From the human T2T-CHM13v2.0 reference genome, Homo sapiens, in NCBI RefSeq assembly GCF_009914755.1, contig NC_060943.1: a stretch of DNA of 64,000 bases, one strand, 5' to 3'. The translations under genes and the position numbers were made by a program. This document shows positions 55,935 through 64,000 of the stretch, piece after piece. Within the stretch, counting starts at the first letter, position 1. Each line of letters opens with the position of its first letter. Below the pieces are notes generated by a model, which saw only the letters and a program-made list of their open reading frames with translations, did no database searches and was not told the DNA's origin.

Positions 55935-56266
55935 ATTATCTTTTACTATTACATGAAAATCTTGTACAAGGAAGAGAAAGCCAAATTTTACTCTTGCATT
56001 AGTCTACTATTAATATCAAACCTAATTTTCTAATGAAACTATATAGGCAATTCTATCCAATCTTAATCAGTTTGACCATAAGGTAAAATTCTTATAAACC
56101 TTTTGTAATCATTTATAAATTTGCTAAAGCACAGACTAGTGCCTTACGGAAATGTTTTTCTTTTAGTTCAATGCACAATTTATGGAATAACAACTATATA
56201 ATACCCTCTTGAATTTAGTCAGTATGTTCATGCACAGAATTTCTTTTGCAATATTAATTTTTATAG

Positions 56267-56614
<348 letters not shown>

Positions 56615-57657
56615 TGAGCCTGCCTTGATGCCTCCACTTCCCAGTTTAGATAATTGGGTGCTTATATTAACCTGAGCTGAATTTATTGGTTTACTGCTAT
56701 CAGCTTTATCTTATCTAATTCAAAATAATCCTTTAAACCTAGGTAAAAATTTAAACTTTCATCCCTTTTATAATCTTTTACTAAAACATATTTTGCTGTT
56801 CTTACACACCTGGCATGTAAATTCATTTTTAGTGGTCTTTATTACATGTTATAATGGTAACTCAGCAATTTTAAACTTTAATGTAAAACCTGGTAACTTA
56901 TTTTAATTATGTACTAAGGGCAGATAAAGTTTTACTGTTTCCAGCATAGTTGGCCGGGCTGATCTTGAACTCCTGAACTCAGGTGATCTGCCCACCTTGG
57001 CCTCCCAAAGTGCTGGGATTCCAGACGTGAGCCACTGTGCCTGGCCTTATTCAGCATTTTTAACTTTGGGTGAGGGTCTTTAAGCTGAAGCTAGTTTATC
57101 TCTGGTCCTGTCCTCACCAGAATAAAACATAACATTCTTGACATCCGGATATAGTAATACATAGGTAGATTGATAAATAAATATGAAGAGAATTATGTTT
57201 TTCATGCAAATATTTATGCATACAAAAGATGTTAATCAAGAGACATTTTCAATACATCAGCCAATTTTGAGGACATAGATGAAAATTTACTTCTCATCTA
57301 TATGTCTCCATTCCATCAAAGACTCAAATACACCCAAACAATGTTATGTGTAGACATCAACAAACCTTCACATTTACAGGCATGGCCTGGGAAATAAGTT
57401 TTTACTATTACCATTTAAGTCTTTGTGTCCAGCTTAGAATTTCAGAACCCTGCATTTCTTCTCCTGGTATGCATGTGTTTTTTACATCCACAATTTTGGG
57501 CCTGCCCTGATTTCTCTATTTTCCAATTCGGCTAATTGGCTCATTATATCCTCCCAAGCTAAGCTAATTGGCTTATTGTTATCATCTGGGTTGTGCTAAT
57601 TGGCTTATTGAATTCACCTGTGCATCAGGGATTTAAAAAAATGATGACCACTGACCA

Positions 57658-58275
<618 letters not shown>

Positions 58276-60920
58276 AAAAGGTTTTTTTTTATACTGCCCT
58301 CAGTACAAGTAGCTATCAATATCTTGAGCTTCTATATTTTTTATTCTGCATGAATATGGAGAGAATGCTAGATAGATGATTATAGATGTACATAGGTAGA
58401 GAAATATTTTAACACATACATGCAGCATTATATTAGTTTGTCTATGTAAATGTTTATGTATACAAAAAATGTTCATCAAGTGACATTTTCAATTCCTCAG
58501 CCTATCCTGAAAACAAAGATGAAGACATACTTCTCACCTAGATGGCTCTATACAATTACGGAGTGAAACGGAGCCACACAATGTTATTTATAAACATCAA
58601 CAAAACTTAATGTTTATGGTCACCACCTGGGAAATAAACTTTTAGTACTGCCTTGTAAGTCTCTATGTCTAGCTTACCACTTTAGGGGCCTGCTTTTCTT
58701 CTATCTGTATGCCTGTGTCATTCACGTCTGCTAGTTTGAGCCTGCCTTGATGCCTCCACTTCCCAGTTTAGATAATTAGGTGCTTATATTAACCCAAGCT
58801 GAGTTTGTTGGTTTACTGCTATCACCTGTGCTGAGTTAATTGGCTTAATGAATTCACCTGCACTGCAAATGTAATAAAGGAGATGACCTCTAGTCTACTT
58901 TTCTTCGGATGCTTTTTTTTTAACAGGACACATGGACAAATGACCATTACATAGATATACCCATGGAAGTTATTATGTGTGTATATGTTTATTTATGCAG
59001 CTACTTTATATCTATATATCTATATAGGTATGTACAGAATAAAGCTTCCAAAGTTAACTAGGTCAGAGTTCATTTCCATTTTCTTTTCCTCCATGCCATT
59101 TAAATATGATTAGCAAATTAGTTCAGTTAAGTTGTATTCAGTCTGAGCCATACACATCACATTTTTTTCATAAATGTGAAACTGCTTTTGTCACCTGAAA
59201 CCCTGTAGTTTGTAATTGTGTATTCTATTAAACCACTCCAGCGGGGTTCTGTCCATTCAGCTAGAAACAGCCAGATATGCCTGACACCAGTGTGCCTAGC
59301 CTTCATCACAAAGCAAATTTGACCTGGGCAATAATAGCCATTTTTGGCACTTCAGTGAACATTCACTATCACCTGGTTGAAATGTGGCCAGGTACCATGC
59401 ACTGTTATAATTACTTTCAGTATCAAAGTCTATCTTCTAAAAAGAGATCTAGACTTTTTTCCATTACCATAGACACCCTACATCAGCAACAAAGAGTAGT
59501 TGACAATAGTGCACATTTACATTACACATTCATGAAGAAAAGAAAAACTCATCTTGATGGAGGCCCCAGTGAGAAAGAATAAGCATTCTGAAATTGAGGT
59601 TAGGGTCTTTGTCCTGGGACTGGTTTATCTCTGGTCGTATGTACAGCAGAAAACGAAGGATCAACATTGACATGGCAATGAGTGACTCCCATGGCTTAAG
59701 TGCATATTTAAATGTGGGTGAGGGCCTTTAAGCGAGGCTAGTTTATCTCTGGTTCCATGTTCACCAGAATCAATAGAAACCTTTTTTTTTTTTTTTGAGA
59801 GGGAGTCTCACACTGTCGCCCAGGCTGGAGTGCAGTGGTGCCATTGCTCACTGCAACCTCTGCCTCCCAAGTTCAAGTGATTCTCCTGCCTCAGCCACCC
59901 AATAGGAACAATTTTAACTTAACAATAAAAACCTCTTTGGGCTTTAATAAATATTATTCTTACAGATAAGAGCAATAAAGCTAAGAGGAACAAAGCTTCA
60001 CATTTATGGGCATGGCCTGGATAGTAAGCTTTCAGAACTACCTCGTAAGCCTTTAAGTTCAGGTTAGCATTCCAAGACCCTGCTTTTTTCTCAGGTATGC
60101 CCGTGTTATTCACAGCCATCATTTTGGCCTACCTAAATGCCTTTGCTGTCCCCATTTGGCTAATTGGCTGATTATATTCACCTGAGCTGAGCTAATTGGC
60201 TTATTGCAATCATGTGGGCTGAGCAAATTGTCTTACTGAATTCTGGGCTGCAGGGATAGAAAAGTAAGACCACCTCTGACCTACTTTTATTCTGAAGCTT
60301 TTTTTTACAGGACAGATGCATAAATGGACATTTTGTAGACAGACCCATGTAATCTATTCTGTGTTTATATGTTTATCAATCTACTGATCTTATATCTATG
60401 TTTACATGTACAAAAAGAGGCCCCTAACATAAACTATGTCAGAGGTCATTTGCATTTTCTTTTCCTCCAGGCCAGATAAATCTAATCAGCCAATTTGCTC
60501 AATAACTTTTGTTTGATTCAAGCTACCCACCACATCACTTTTTTGATAAGTGTGAAAATGTCCTACTTACCTGGAACCTGGGTTCTTTTAATTTTGCCTC
60601 TCACCAAACCAGCCCATTGGGATTCTGTTCATCCAGCTAGGAAATTTAAAAATACCTGACACCAGTGAGCCTAGCCTTCCTCACACACAAAAAAACTTTG
60701 GCCTAGTCAACAAGAGTCACCTTTGGCACCTTATTGCATGTTCGCTCTTGCTTCACAGGAATTTGGCCAGACACCATGTACTCTTATATTTGCTTTCAGT
60801 ATCACAGTCTATCTTCTAAAAGGAGAGCTAGACTTTCTTTCCATTACCATAAAGACCCTACTTCAGCCACAATGACAAAAAGATAAGATTGCACTTTTAC
60901 ATCACACACTCATGGAATAA

Positions 60921-63190
<2,270 letters not shown>

Positions 63191-64000
63191 TGTGTATGTT
63201 TATCTATCTACATACATTATATCTGTATTTAAATGTACAGAAAAAAAGTGTCCAAAAAAACCCTGAAGTTTGCTTTCAGTATAGCAGTCTATAGTCAAGT
63301 CCCAGACCTCGTGTTTTATTTTCTTACCCAAAATGTCACTAAGTAAGATTTTGCATTTATGGAAGTTTTTCTTTACATTGCTATAAATGCAAATACTTAT
63401 TTATCCTTTGACCTCCTATATCTTTATTTTGTATGCAAATGGAAAAAATGATAGATCTGTATATAGATATACATGAGTAGATAAATATGAATATAGAATT
63501 ATATGAGCATGCCTATGTAAATATTTATATATATAAAAGATATTAATCAAAAGACATTTTAAATTCCCTAGCCTACACTGAAGATGCAGATGTAAACCTA
63601 CTCTAACCCATATGGATCCACACCATCTCAGACTGGAACACAGCCATACAATGTTATGTTTAAATATCAACAAAGCTTCACATTTAGGTGCATTGCCTGG
63701 GAGGTAAGTTTTCGGCAAAACCATGTTAGACTCTAGTTTCAGCTTAGCATTTCAGGGCCCTGCTTCCTTTCTCACTGTAAACCTATGTGATTCACATTTG
63801 CCATTTGGGGTCTGCCTGGATGCCTGCAACTTCCTAATTTAGCTAATTGACTTATATCAACCTGAGCTGATCTAAGCAGCTCATTAAACTCACCTTGGCT
63901 GCAGAAGCTGGAAAGAAAAATGACCTCTGACCTACTTTTATTCTGAGGCTTCCCTACAGGACATATGCAATAAAGATCATTACGTTGATATACCTATGTT

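Overview
Primate, most likely human, euchromatic DNA from a ZNF91-family KRAB zinc-finger cluster. The + strand carries coding exons 2-4 of a KRAB-C2H2 gene. With an upstream ATG exon these give a 563-aa protein that I recognise as ZNF257 (19p12); exon 1 and the promoter lie upstream of the window. Intron 1 holds an antisense old L1PA fragment, an antisense BNIP3 processed pseudogene and LTR relics. Downstream are about 15 kb of Alu/L1/LTR debris and then the most striking structure: two SVA retrotransposons inserted tail-to-tail about 100 bp apart (an older 5'-truncated SVA_C-like copy on +, a full-length SVA_F-like copy on -). The younger SVA is flanked by a 90-bp target-site duplication that copies the older element's poly(A) tail. 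Next comes an ERV1 internal segment with a nested Alu and solo LTR. From about 57 kb to the end is a degenerate tandem macro-repeat I cannot assign (at least 5 units), one unit carrying an expanded 32-bp CCAAT-box array. Repeat subfamily names are from memory of consensus sequences, not from a database search. Most repeat boundaries are approximate.
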